64,000 nt of DNA, taken from positions 192,001-256,000 of the forward strand of contig CAVUXE010000035.1 in assembly GCA_963745235.1 (NCBI GenBank). The letters are read 5' to 3'. Origin of the DNA: an uncultured Spirochaetota bacterium. GTDB taxonomy: Bacteria > Spirochaetota > Spirochaetia > SZUA-6 > Fen-1364. This document shows, in pieces, positions 20,914 to 30,781 of this stretch. Position 1 is the stretch's first letter, and the number at the start of each line of letters is the position of its first letter. Under the pieces are notes generated by a model. That model ran no database searches, was not told the origin of the DNA, and was given only the letters and a program-made list of their open reading frames with translations. Made by a program: the position numbers and the translations under genes.

Positions 20914-21714
20914 ATGGGGTTCCGCGCGGTGAAAGCATGCACACTCGCTTCCTTTCTGCTCCTGGCGGGTTGCTCCGCGTTTTTCGGGGTCAATCTGCTG
21001 AAGGGCCTGGACAAGGTGCCTGCGCCCAATCCCGCCCAGTACGACTACTTCCAGAACGGCACCGCCGGCCTGATGAAGCTGGATGCGGATCTTTCCTCCC
21101 CGGCGGTCGTCAGCGCCCTGAAGGCTGACCCCGGCGCCACGAGCACCATTGAGAGCGACCTTCAGGCAACGTACACAAATCCCGCGGTGCCGCTTGCTGA
21201 CCAGCAGCTTGCTGCCGCCCTCTACAGCGATGTCAATCTCAAGACGACGTCGGGAGACACGTTCGTCAACAATGTGGTCAACGTTGTCGTCTCGGGAACC
21301 GGCAGCGGCCAGACAATCCAGCAACTCCTTCAGGGAATCGTCCCGCTTGATGTCGCATCTGATCCCGTGGCGTTTGCGGCCATGGTGAACGGCCTCCTCA
21401 ACGCGGCCTCTGCGTATCAGACCCTGGGGGCCACTCTTGTTCCCGCACCCGCCCCTGTGCCGCCGGGAGTGAACATGGGGGATGCGGCCCAGAAGGCCGC
21501 GGTCGCTTACATGATGCAATCCATGGTCTACGAGGTCGGCGGAGGGACCGCCAATGCAACACAACAGATGTACCTCCTGTTGAACAATCAGCCGAACTCG
21601 GTTCCCACCAGCACAATTGATCCGTTCTCGACGCCCATAGCGCCGTACAACGCGACCAACCTTCAGAACATCAAGAACATCTTTTCCTCTGCCGGCGCGA
21701 CAATGCCATCCTGA
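20914..21714 (+). CDS. Hypothetical lipoprotein
   Basis: RBS GGAGG, lipobox 'LLAGC', Ala/Pro/Asn-rich body. Confidence 0.75.
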   Translation: MGFRAVKACTLASFLLLAGCSAFFGVNLLKGLDKVPAPNPAQYDYFQNGTAGLMKLDADLSSPAVVSALKADPGATSTIESDLQATYTNPAVPLADQQLAAALYSDVNLKTTSGDTFVNNVVNVVVSGTGSGQTIQQLLQGIVPLDVASDPVAFAAMVNGLLNAASAYQTLGATLVPAPAPVPPGVNMGDAAQKAAVAYMMQSMVYEVGGGTANATQQMYLLLNNQPNSVPTSTIDPFSTPIAPYNATNLQNIKNIFSSAGATMPS

Positions 21715-21743
21715 AAGCAAGGGAGCCCACCACGACGTACCGA

Positions 21744-22925
21744 ATGAGGAGCGCAGCGCTTTCCGGGATCATGATCATTCTGTTTGGCTCCGTATCTGCG
21801 TTTGCGGTCCAGATCAACGAGGAGCCCTTTGTTCCTCAGTCCCCTGTGGCGCTGGCCCAGGGAGGCTCCGCCATAGCGAACACCCAGGGATTCAACTCCT
21901 TCTTCTACAACCCTGCAGGTTTCTCACGGGGGAGCGGGGGCTTCACCGTCCTGTCCAGCGACTCGTGGATCTATTCCCGGCCGGACCTCCTCATTTCGCA
22001 GATAGCCCAGAACCTGGCGGGCGCGCAGACACCGACGTCCCTCATCAACTTCATCAATTCGCAGGTCACAACGGGGGGTATCGGAGCAGGCTCCTCCCTG
22101 GGCGTTGGGTACGTGGGGGACGGCTTCGGGTTGGGGGCGGTGTTCATCCTTGACTCTTCGCTCTTCGGGCCGACCCTTCTGGGAGTCACGGGAGACCTCT
22201 CGGCAACCCTCGGGTTCATTGGGGGGCTCTCGATACCGTTCGACCTCGGCGGAGGCATGAAGGTCCACGTCGGAGCGGACATACGCCCCATGATCCGGAT
22301 CCACACCCCCATCGCCAACTCGAACGCACTTTCCATTCTCACCGCGCTGACCTCCGGGGGGGACGTGGGGGCCGCGCTCAGCTCCGCGGCAACCGTCTAC
22401 GGATCAGCCATCGGGCTGGACCTGGGAGCAATCGCTGAGCTGGGCTGGTTCTCAGTCGGGCTGTCCATCAGGGACCTCGGGGGGACGCAGTTCAACTACT
22501 CTTCGAACAGCTTCGGATCCGTCACGGGCAACCTCGCGTCCTTCGGCGGATTCCCGCCGGGAAGCTCCCCGGCCAATACCTACGTCATTCCGATGGATGT
22601 GGGAGTGGGGCTCAGCTTCCACCCTGACCTGGGGCGGACGAACTACTTCTTCGACCCCAGCATCAGCTTCGACATGAGAAACATCATCGGGGCAATCGAC
22701 GGGACCGCTGATTTCTGGACTCTTCTCCACGCGGGCACCGAGATTCGTCTCATGAACGTTTTCACCCTCCGTGGGGGGGTCAACCAGGGATACCTCACCA
22801 TCGGCGGGGGAGTGAAGCTGCTCATCTTCGACTGGAACATGGCAATCTTCACACAGGAGCTCGGCGCTCACCTGGGCGACAGGCCGGAGTCCGGAATGAC
22901 ATTCAGCCTGGACCTGCGGATCTGA
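21744..22925 (+). CDS. Outer-membrane beta-barrel protein (FadL/TraF-like)
   Basis: Signal peptide, FadL-type 'ALAQGGSAIA...FFYNPAG', amphipathic strands, 'LRGGVNQGYLTIGGG', C-terminal 'FSLDLRI'. Confidence 0.7.
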   Translation: MRSAALSGIMIILFGSVSAFAVQINEEPFVPQSPVALAQGGSAIANTQGFNSFFYNPAGFSRGSGGFTVLSSDSWIYSRPDLLISQIAQNLAGAQTPTSLINFINSQVTTGGIGAGSSLGVGYVGDGFGLGAVFILDSSLFGPTLLGVTGDLSATLGFIGGLSIPFDLGGGMKVHVGADIRPMIRIHTPIANSNALSILTALTSGGDVGAALSSAATVYGSAIGLDLGAIAELGWFSVGLSIRDLGGTQFNYSSNSFGSVTGNLASFGGFPPGSSPANTYVIPMDVGVGLSFHPDLGRTNYFFDPSISFDMRNIIGAIDGTADFWTLLHAGTEIRLMNVFTLRGGVNQGYLTIGGGVKLLIFDWNMAIFTQELGAHLGDRPESGMTFSLDLRI

Positions 22926-22973
22926 AGCAAGTCGAGCGGGAAGCGCGCACGGAGTCCGCGCTCGGAGAACGAA

Positions 22974-23002
22974 TTGACAAAGAAAAACCATCCGCGTACA
23001 TT
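22974..23002 (+). promoter_or_regulatory. sigma70 promoter of tRNA-Lys
   Basis: TTGACA (22974-22979), 17 bp, TACATT (22997-23002), 13 nt upstream of the tRNA. Confidence 0.8.
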
Positions 23003-23015
23003 ACAACCGCCCCAC

Positions 23016-23088
23016 GGGCCGCTAGCTCAGCTGGTAGAGCAACAGCCTTTTAAGCTGTGGGTCGCCAGTTCGACTCTGGCGCGGCTCA
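23016..23088 (+). tRNA. tRNA-Lys (anticodon UUU), CCA not encoded
   Basis: Acceptor GGGCCGC/GCGGCTC+A, D-arm GCTCAGCTGGTAGAGC, anticodon arm ACAGC-CTTTTAA-GCTGT, T-arm GCCAG-TTCGACT-CTGGC. Confidence 0.97.
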
Positions 23089-23299
23089 CTTGTATTTAAT
23101 GTGCTTATATAGAATCGGAGTGCTGTTTACACAAGGGCGATGTCTGGTAGGTTCGTTTCTGGTCAGAAGCCGACCAGAGGTACGTGAAGACCGAGTCCTT
23201 GGATACATCGGATCATAGACTCGCGGTGAGAGAGCTCTGGCGAGACGGATCGCTTCATGCAAGGCACAAAGCTCTTCCTGGAAGACCGCTCGGCCCTGC

Positions 23300-25432
23300 T
23301 TAACGTTCCAACGTTGCTGACCGGCGCGGGGCCTTCAACCTTGCGCTGATTGTGGCAGCGATTTGTGAAGCGCCAAGTCCGAACCGATCCAAAAGCTGCT
23401 GGTAGGTGGCCGAATGTATGAACAGGGGAGTCCTATCCTCGCTCAGCGTATTGGTGGGGACTATCTGCCGGGTGTCTATGCTGTCCCGGCAGGTCATCAG
23501 CAAGCGGCAAAGAGCCGACCAAAGGATGCCGTTGTTCTGCTCCGCTACGACGAGCAGTCTGCCCGACGAGTAAAGCGTCATCAGCTTTTCACGATCTACA
23601 GACGGCATGTCGATCACCCCAACGCAGATCCCTTCGTCTTCGAGAATCTGTGATGCTGCCATGGCCTCATATACTCCACGTCCGCTGGAAATGATAACGG
23701 CCTGGTCTTTTGCGTTCTCCTTCAGGGCATAAGCTTTTCCGTATTCGAAATGAAAATCGTTTGGATATAAAACACAAGACGGCGAGCGCGGAATGCGCAC
23801 GTAATTCAGGCCTCTATTGCCTTCCATGACCCATCTCATCAATCCGAGCAGCATGTTAGGGCAGCTTACGTCGATGACCTTGAGATGAGCGAGCTCCCCG
23901 AAAACCAGGGCATCATCGTTGCCCATATGGGTGGCTCCATTCGTCTTGGTTTCGAAGTTTGGCGCTGTTGCCAGGAAAGTCAAGTCGATGCCGTGGCCCA
24001 TGCTGAGCCACCCCTCGTTTTTGGCGATCGTTTCCTGCCGCTCCTGATAGCCGATGGCAATCCTTCTCATCACTTTCCAATCGAAGAAAGGGCAGAAAGT
24101 GCTGACCCAAACATTGCAGCCTAAAGCTGCGAACGCTTCGCCTATGCTCATCATGTTGGCTTCCGCAATCCCGACGTTGAGCGCCCTCTCCGTGTCGACC
24201 CAGCCGACGCCGGCCTCCAGACCACTGGTAGATGAAAGGTCTGCGTCTATTGAAACCACTCGCGGGTCTCGGGCAAAAGCCTTCATCGCCTGAGTCACGA
24301 TGGTGCTCGCGCTGTATTCCTTCTTGGCATCCAGCACAGGGAGAAGCGAGGGGTCGTACGCGATCCTTTTGTCCCGAGGCGCAGCCTTTCGCGTTCGGAC
24401 CTGGGCAGTGCCAGCCCGAACTACCGGATGCCCATCATGGGTTGCAGAAAGGTCCAGGTTCATTCGTTTTGCCAAGGCCGATATCTCGAGCCGGAGCTCC
24501 TCAGATTCTGGCACTTCGCCTAAGGAAGACCAGAAGCGGACGAACCGAGCCATTCGGTCTTCTCGTCGCAGCTTCTGCGCGGCAAGCTCTTGTTCGGCCA
24601 GTGCATCGGACACTTCCACCTTATGACCGACGAAGAAGCTTGAGAAACTTCCGTACCCCTTGCTGGTCCGGCTGATGATCGCGGTAGGACGGCCGTCACG
24701 CGGTCCGAACTTGAACTTCCGGAGTGCCTCAACTATGGGTGAATACTGGTTCCCGTCCACATCAATGACTCGCCATCCGAAAGAGCCCAACCACCGATCG
24801 ATGTTCCGCATAGGGATGATCAGTTGTCGTGGATTATCCAGCTGCCCTTCGTTGTTGTCGACCAGCACGCAAAGGTTGTCCAGGCGCTTGTGCGCCGAGA
24901 ACATTACTGCCTCCCACGTCAGGCCTTCCTGCAGCTCGCCGTCCCCGACCATGCAATAGACATCAAAGCATGTGCCGCGACGGCCCGCCAGGCTGAAGCC
25001 TTCCGCAACGGAGAGACCCTGGCCGAGAGGGCCTGTCGACACATGAACACCGGGAAGAAGGGGTCCGGGGTGGCCCTTGAGGATGCTTTCGGAAGATCGA
25101 GAGTTTTTCAGCACGGATCGATCGAAGTACCCTAGATCAGCGTAGACGCTGGCCATCGAGGCTACGGCATGACCCTTGCTAAGGACAAATAGATCCTGGT
25201 CGGGGCGGGTGGGGTTGCAGATGTCAACGTCTATGAACCCGCCGTAATACAAGGCTACAAGGGGAACCACTGCCGAAAAGGCTCCCCCCGCGTGAATCCC
25301 CTTGTCCACCGCATCACGCGCCTGTTCCACCATCATGACTCTGATATCGGAATCCTTGATTTCAAGGAGGCGGATGAGAGCTGTTCGGATAACTTCCTGC
25401 CGACTGACGCCGGCACTCATGACAGTGCTCAT
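23300..25432 (-). CDS. Single-chain transketolase-family ThDP enzyme
   Basis: 'FVLSKGHA', 'STGPLGQGLS', ThDP motif 'GDGELQEG...DNN', 'GIAEANMM', 'NGATHMG'; RBS GGAGGA before ATG 25432. Confidence 0.85.
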   Translation of the reverse strand: MSTVMSAGVSRQEVIRTALIRLLEIKDSDIRVMMVEQARDAVDKGIHAGGAFSAVVPLVALYYGGFIDVDICNPTRPDQDLFVLSKGHAVASMASVYADLGYFDRSVLKNSRSSESILKGHPGPLLPGVHVSTGPLGQGLSVAEGFSLAGRRGTCFDVYCMVGDGELQEGLTWEAVMFSAHKRLDNLCVLVDNNEGQLDNPRQLIIPMRNIDRWLGSFGWRVIDVDGNQYSPIVEALRKFKFGPRDGRPTAIISRTSKGYGSFSSFFVGHKVEVSDALAEQELAAQKLRREDRMARFVRFWSSLGEVPESEELRLEISALAKRMNLDLSATHDGHPVVRAGTAQVRTRKAAPRDKRIAYDPSLLPVLDAKKEYSASTIVTQAMKAFARDPRVVSIDADLSSTSGLEAGVGWVDTERALNVGIAEANMMSIGEAFAALGCNVWVSTFCPFFDWKVMRRIAIGYQERQETIAKNEGWLSMGHGIDLTFLATAPNFETKTNGATHMGNDDALVFGELAHLKVIDVSCPNMLLGLMRWVMEGNRGLNYVRIPRSPSCVLYPNDFHFEYGKAYALKENAKDQAVIISSGRGVYEAMAASQILEDEGICVGVIDMPSVDREKLMTLYSSGRLLVVAEQNNGILWSALCRLLMTCRDSIDTRQIVPTNTLSEDRTPLFIHSATYQQLLDRFGLGASQIAATISARLKAPRRSATLER

Positions 25433-25579
25433 GCCTGTTTCCTCCAGAGCTCCCATGGATCAGAATCTTGAGTCAGTGGCAACGACATGAGAGACATGCC
25501 GAATTGACCGCTTCAAATGGCTTCGACCCATCCTCTTCATCTATGAGGGGTGTCGTCGCTGAATATTGCTCATCTCCCT

Positions 25580-27466
25580 TTAGAGCCCCAGGAAATGCTT
25601 TTCGCGTTGAACTTGCTCACACCAAGGTCCGACGTTCCACGCGCCGTAAACACCAAGGCCCGCAAGCTCATCTGGACCGGCATACACCGGAACATGCACG
25701 AGCGAAAGACCCGGGTACGCAAAGCCTTCACTGAGGGCGGCTTCAAGCGCTTGACGCGTATATCCACCAAATATGCCTTTTATCCCATCAATTGAGCGAG
25801 CCAAGGATACGTAGTCAACTGCGACCGAGTCGTCCGTGCGGAACTCTTGGCCATATTGGGCCAGCTGCAGTCCAGAAATTGCGGCCATCCTGCGATTGTC
25901 AAACAACACTATCATTCCCCTCAACTTATGCTCTACCGCATCGATGAGAATCTGCGGGCTCATCATGAAGCTACCGTCTCCGGAGAATGCAATTGGATAG
26001 TGCGGGGAGTCTGCAAACGCCGATGCGAGGATCCCGCTCACAGCGAAACCCATGTAGGACGCGCCTGTATCGGTAATTGTTTTGCCCGGGGTCTCATCCT
26101 CGACAATCTGAAAGCCATTTGCTTGAACGTCGCCGGCATCGAAGTATTTTACCGCGTCGTGTTCTTGGGCAAACGCGACAACAGTTTCAATGGCAACAGG
26201 CTGGGTAAGAGTTCTTGTATTCCATTTCGGATCGTGCAGGCCCTGGACCTGATAGCAGCGCTCGCGAAATGAATCCCACTTCTTGCGTTGCGCCGTGCAT
26301 TCCGACAACCAAGAAGAATCGCGACCCGACTTGCTGATTTTGGCTTCCCTCAGAATCTCAAGGAGAGCGGCCAGCACGGATCCCGCGTCGCCGATCAGGG
26401 GTAGGCTCTTGTTGTAATGAGTGGCGTCTTCAAGACGGGTATTAATGGCTATAAAAGCCTTTGCATTCTTCCATGCTGTTCCTGAAGAATCCCACTGACA
26501 GACGGCGCGCGCTCCGATCACTATCACAAGCTCTGCTTTTTCCATTGCCCAGTTGCCAGAAATGGATCCTTTTGCTCCTCCGACTGTCATGTTCCGAATA
26601 TTCGATCCCGGCAAGACTCCGACCACGGACGGTCCATGAACGAAGACCGCGTCTGTTCGCTCGAGGAATTCCTCGAGGAGCTTCGGATCTACGCTATGCG
26701 CGCCATTCCCCGCTTTGACGAGAATGCGATTGTACTTCGTTATCAGTTCAGTGGCTTGCCAATATGAGGATTTGTCGGCTGGGACGAGCTTCGGGGCATG
26801 CGGCGTGTGCGGCAACTCCAGCAGGTTGAACTGCGGTATGATTTGCCCCTGGACGTTCATGGGAAGCAAGAAATAACAGGGACTCGGCTGTTCCGGACTG
26901 AATACCGCATTCGCTCCCCTCCGCAAGGCGGCTGGAAGCGCTTCACCCGTGTGCAAAGAATAGGCGGTGCCCATGACTGACGTCAGCTTTAGAAAAGATA
27001 ACTGTTCATGGCGGGGGATTTGTTGCATGTTAAACCCCTCGTCGTGCGTGGTTTCATCGCCAAAAATGTAGTAGACGCCTAGCCCGTTTGAAAGGGGGAC
27101 CAGGGAACCTGCGAGAGCCTGGAGCGCTCCAGGTCCAATCGATGTGAAAACTGCTGCAGTTTCGCCGTAATCCCAACGCAGGGCAGTGGCTGCATGTGAC
27201 GCCTCCACTTCGCTTCTCACGTTAAACACCTTGACGACTCCCGCCATCTCGTATATTCGAAGCGCTTCGCCAAAATCGGTCGTGCCGTGTCCAAATACAC
27301 CGATATATTTGCTTACATGTTGCACCAGGAGTCCAAGAACAAGGGCCTCGCTAAGGGAAATATCCTGAAATTGCGATAGAGTGCCGAGCTCCAGCGCCTC
27401 TTCAACGCCGCCAGCAGCGGCCACCGCTTCCGCCCGCGCCTTGCGGGCCATGAGCATACTGTTCAT
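25580..27466 (-). CDS. IolD-like ThDP-dependent acylhydrolase (ring-cleaving)
   Basis: 'GVFGHG', 'TSIGPGA', 'GDVQANG...SYMGF', 'GDGSFMM...FDN'; alternative TTG start at 27478. Confidence 0.75.
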   Translation of the reverse strand: MNSMLMARKARAEAVAAAGGVEEALELGTLSQFQDISLSEALVLGLLVQHVSKYIGVFGHGTTDFGEALRIYEMAGVVKVFNVRSEVEASHAATALRWDYGETAAVFTSIGPGALQALAGSLVPLSNGLGVYYIFGDETTHDEGFNMQQIPRHEQLSFLKLTSVMGTAYSLHTGEALPAALRRGANAVFSPEQPSPCYFLLPMNVQGQIIPQFNLLELPHTPHAPKLVPADKSSYWQATELITKYNRILVKAGNGAHSVDPKLLEEFLERTDAVFVHGPSVVGVLPGSNIRNMTVGGAKGSISGNWAMEKAELVIVIGARAVCQWDSSGTAWKNAKAFIAINTRLEDATHYNKSLPLIGDAGSVLAALLEILREAKISKSGRDSSWLSECTAQRKKWDSFRERCYQVQGLHDPKWNTRTLTQPVAIETVVAFAQEHDAVKYFDAGDVQANGFQIVEDETPGKTITDTGASYMGFAVSGILASAFADSPHYPIAFSGDGSFMMSPQILIDAVEHKLRGMIVLFDNRRMAAISGLQLAQYGQEFRTDDSVAVDYVSLARSIDGIKGIFGGYTRQALEAALSEGFAYPGLSLVHVPVYAGPDELAGLGVYGAWNVGPWCEQVQREKHFLGL

Positions 27467-27470
27467 CTCT

Positions 27471-28121
27471 TTAGTCAAGTTTCCCCGCAGTCGACGCCAG
27501 TCGCGACTTGATTGCCATTACAAGATCCAGGCTCTCGGGAGGTGCGGCTTCGATTATTTCCATGATGCCGGGGAAGCTCAGTGAGGGGTCTACAACTTCG
27601 GCGGGAAGGCTACCGATTATTCTCGCCATTCCAGGGTGGGTGGCTTCGGTAACTCTTTTCAAACGTTCAACAGACTGTTGCTGCGATTCTTTCCTGTTAG
27701 CAGGGTAGCCGTCCCCCCGGTGACCTGAAAACAGCTCTTCAAAGATGAGCTCAAGATTCACGATGCTGCCCCATGAATAGCCTTGATTGAGTGCGAGACT
27801 AATACAGTTGCCAGCGTTGATCCGATTAAAAAGCCACGCATCGAGAGGAGTCGTCATGTGACCGCAAACAACATTGGGATATTGGAGAACAGAGTTCAGA
27901 AAACCCTGGCCAGTTCCGCAGCCGCCGATGACAAAGTCCACATACCGCAAATTCAGAAGAAGTGCACTGAGAAAGCCGGTATGGACGTATGTGAGCTCCG
28001 GGGGCTGGCCATTCCGTCTCATTCCGCAGTTGACTATCTCAAGATTTCGATCAGCGAGAGCCGCCAGTATGTCACTGTTACGGTCGGCAGAGCTCGTTTC
28101 GTTGACGACGGCAACTCTCAT
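27471..28121 (-). CDS. RpiB/LacAB-family isomerase, DhuI-like subtype
   Basis: 'VVNETSSADRN', 'ELTYVHTG', 'GCGTGQG', 'INAGNCISL..QGYSWG', 'GDGYP..RKESQ'. Confidence 0.85.
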   Translation of the reverse strand: MRVAVVNETSSADRNSDILAALADRNLEIVNCGMRRNGQPPELTYVHTGFLSALLLNLRYVDFVIGGCGTGQGFLNSVLQYPNVVCGHMTTPLDAWLFNRINAGNCISLALNQGYSWGSIVNLELIFEELFSGHRGDGYPANRKESQQQSVERLKRVTEATHPGMARIIGSLPAEVVDPSLSFPGIMEIIEAAPPESLDLVMAIKSRLASTAGKLD

Positions 28122-28165
28122 TGGCAAATCCCTCCAGAATCCCCGGCAGAAATCTGATATTGAGC

Positions 28166-28194
28166 ATGATACAATAGCTTTGTTTTAAAGTCAA
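28166..28194 (-). promoter_or_regulatory. sigma70 promoter of the isomerase-iolD-transketolase unit
   Basis: Minus strand TTGACT, 17 bp, TATCAT. Confidence 0.65.
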
Positions 28195-28338
28195 TAGATA
28201 GCAGGCCAATTCCAGACGGGCGGCCTTTGGCGGAACGGATGGCGAATGGATTGCCCCGATCTCCAACAACGGCCTTGATCGGGAAGAGAAGTCTTGCTAC
28301 CATTCCCCGCGGGCGTTTGCAAAGGAGCAGCACAAGAG

Positions 28339-29148
28339 ATGCGCGCGGCCAAAAGGGCGGGGGTATCACCGAGAGACACCCACATCATTCAATCGCTGGA
28401 TAAGGGGCTGTTCGTGCTCGAGCTCGTAGAGCAGGCAACTCAACCTGTCGGCCTGAATGACCTCAAGCTCAGCCTTGGATGGGACAAGGCTACGATTCAT
28501 CGCATTTTGACAACCCTCGAACGACGCGGGTTCCTGTTGCGGAATCCTGTGACCAAGAAGTACACCCTCGGGTTGAAAGTATATGGACTGTATGACTCGC
28601 TGCTGCGGACCTTCGACATCCACGAAACGACACACGCGTTTCTGATGAAGGTAGCGGAGCACACGGGGGAGGCAACGCACCTCGCCGTCGCGGTTGGAAA
28701 AGAAATTGTGTTCATTGACCGGATTGCAAGCACCGAGGTGCTTTCCGTGAATACCCAGATTGGGGCTCGAGAACCCATGTTTTGTACTGCTCTTGGAAGA
28801 GCTTTGCTGGCCTTCGTTCCTCAAGCGGAGACTGAAAGCTTCCTGCCACGGCCGATCGTGAAATACACCAGCCATACGATAACGAGCGCCGCGGCTTTGA
28901 AGGCGGAGCTCGCGGCGGTGAGAGAAGCCGGGTTCGCAATCGAGAGCGAGGAATATGTTGACGGGATCCGCTGCGTCGCTTCTCCAATTCTCAATCACGA
29001 GCGTATGCCTATTGGCGCAGTCGGGGTTTCGGGGCCCGTGAACCGAATAACGACACAGCGGGCCGCGCGGTTCGGGTCATTTATCCGAAAGGTAGCATTC
29101 CAGATCTCCGAACTTGCGGGATGGGATGGCAGCAACGGCAAGGAATGA
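28339..29148 (+). CDS. IclR-family transcriptional regulator
   Basis: 'IQSLDKGLFVLE', HTH 'KATIHRILTTL', 'CTALGRALLAF', 'GIRCVASPI'. Confidence 0.93.
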   Translation: MRAAKRAGVSPRDTHIIQSLDKGLFVLELVEQATQPVGLNDLKLSLGWDKATIHRILTTLERRGFLLRNPVTKKYTLGLKVYGLYDSLLRTFDIHETTHAFLMKVAEHTGEATHLAVAVGKEIVFIDRIASTEVLSVNTQIGAREPMFCTALGRALLAFVPQAETESFLPRPIVKYTSHTITSAAALKAELAAVREAGFAIESEEYVDGIRCVASPILNHERMPIGAVGVSGPVNRITTQRAARFGSFIRKVAFQISELAGWDGSNGKE

Positions 29149-29465
29149 CTCGTCGGTGAGTGACTTGTAGAATCCCGGTTCCCAAAGAAACTTTATGGCC
29201 CAATTCCAGGGTCGATCTGCTGAAGAGCCGTGACGATTGGAATGGGGGACCGATTTTTGGCTTCGCTCTCATCCAGACAATCCGATAACGCCGTGGCCTG
29301 ATTTCACGTGTCTCATGCCGGTGACAAGGCGCAAACGAGATTGGCCCCGATAATTTCTCAAGAGGATGCTTGCAATTCATGCTGATCGAGGGAACACGCG
29401 GCGATAAAGGAGAGCTCCTGAGGTTTCATGCAACGTCCTTACGGGAGAGTGCAGCAAAGAAAAGG

Positions 29466-29494
29466 TTGACATAAACACAATACGGATGTAGTAT
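29466..29494 (+). promoter_or_regulatory. Putative sigma70 promoter
   Basis: TTGACA, 17 bp, TAGTAT upstream of the Gfo/Idh/MocA gene. Confidence 0.55.
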
Positions 29495-29592
29495 GATCAA
29501 CGCCACTGGGGTAAACTTTTTCGGAGGGAAGCCATGAAAGTCCTTGCAACGCCCCTGATCGTGAAAGGCCGCCGGTGACGGAGTGCAAAGAC

Positions 29593-30672
29593 GTGGATAG
29601 CGTGAGGATTGGCATCATCGGCTGCGGGCGCATCTCCGACCTTCACGCTGCGGGCTACCGCGCCGACCCGCGTGCGATCATAGCGGCGGTCTGTGATGCA
29701 GACGCGGCCAAGGCAAAGTCAAAGGCATGCGAGTGGGGGGCGGCGAAGTGGCACAGTGATTATCGCGCACTTCTCGCGGACCCGCACGTGGACGCAGTGG
29801 ATATCGTCACGCCCCAGCGCTGCCATGAGGCGATGGCCCTCGAAACCCTCGCGGCGGGCAAACATGTTTGCGTTCAGAAGCCCATGACGGTGGACATGGA
29901 CAGCGCGGACCGCATGGTGGCTGCCGCCGCGGCGGCAGGCGGAAAGATATTCAAGCTCTCCGAGAATTACGTATTCTACCCGCCCCTCGTTCTCGCAAAG
30001 CGCATGATCGATGACGGAAAAATCGGCGAACCGACGAGCATGCGGATCAAATTCATCTCCGGCTCGAGCGGCGGATGGGACGTACCCGACTCGGCCTGGG
30101 ACTGGCGAAAGGACGAGCACCGGCGGGGCTACGGAATGCAGACCTTCGACCATGGCCACCACATGTGGTCCGTGGCCTGGTACCTCATGGGGGAAATCGA
30201 ACGGGTCTTCGCGTGGATCGACTCAGTGGATGGCTTTCTCGATTGCCCCGCCGAGATCATGTGGAAGTACGCGGGGGCGCCGAAGTATGGCTCCTGCGAT
30301 TACTCGCATGGAACCGCCCTTCACATCCCATCGCGCTACTACGCGAACGACGAGTGGTTCGAGGTCACCGGAAGCGAGGGCATCCTCATGGTGATGCGCT
30401 GTACGGGAAACGTGCACGGCGGGGCGCCTGTACGCCTCTTCCGGGACGACAGGTGGACCGAGTACACCGACGTGGACTCGGACTGGGCGGCTGGGTTCCG
30501 GGGTTCGACGGCCAATTTCATCTCTGCGATCCTGGGGTCTGAGGCGCCGTCGCTCACCGCAGAGCGCGGCCGCGAAGTACTCAGGATGGACCTCGCGATC
30601 CAGGAATCCGCCCGCGCGCGGAGGGAGGTCGAGCTGGCGGGCTTTCGCGGCGGACCCGCGGCGGCCGTGTAA
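29593..30672 (+). CDS. Gfo/Idh/MocA-family oxidoreductase
   Basis: 'IGIIGCGRI', 'GKHVCVQKPM', 'FDHGHH'. Confidence 0.9.
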   Translation: MDSVRIGIIGCGRISDLHAAGYRADPRAIIAAVCDADAAKAKSKACEWGAAKWHSDYRALLADPHVDAVDIVTPQRCHEAMALETLAAGKHVCVQKPMTVDMDSADRMVAAAAAAGGKIFKLSENYVFYPPLVLAKRMIDDGKIGEPTSMRIKFISGSSGGWDVPDSAWDWRKDEHRRGYGMQTFDHGHHMWSVAWYLMGEIERVFAWIDSVDGFLDCPAEIMWKYAGAPKYGSCDYSHGTALHIPSRYYANDEWFEVTGSEGILMVMRCTGNVHGGAPVRLFRDDRWTEYTDVDSDWAAGFRGSTANFISAILGSEAPSLTAERGREVLRMDLAIQESARARREVELAGFRGGPAAAV

Positions 30673-30724
30673 GCCACCGTGGGAATTGTATTGGGGCCAC
30701 GGTTTCTGTTTTTGAAGTTTTGAG

Positions 30725-30781
30725 TTGACTGGAGGCAGCAACCGTGTTAAGTTCCAAAGTGGTAAGATAAGTTGACCAATT
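30725..30781 (+). promoter_or_regulatory. Promoter (TTGACT-17-TAAGTT) followed by a FadR-type operator-like palindrome
   Basis: AAGTGGTAAGATAAGTTGACCAATT at 30757-30781 has TGGT...ACCA arms. Confidence 0.55.

Noticed and set aside
29149-29460. Long intergenic region as a possible ncRNA or riboswitch
   Set aside because: No recognisable conserved motif or strong structure by eye; an Rfam search is needed to exclude it.
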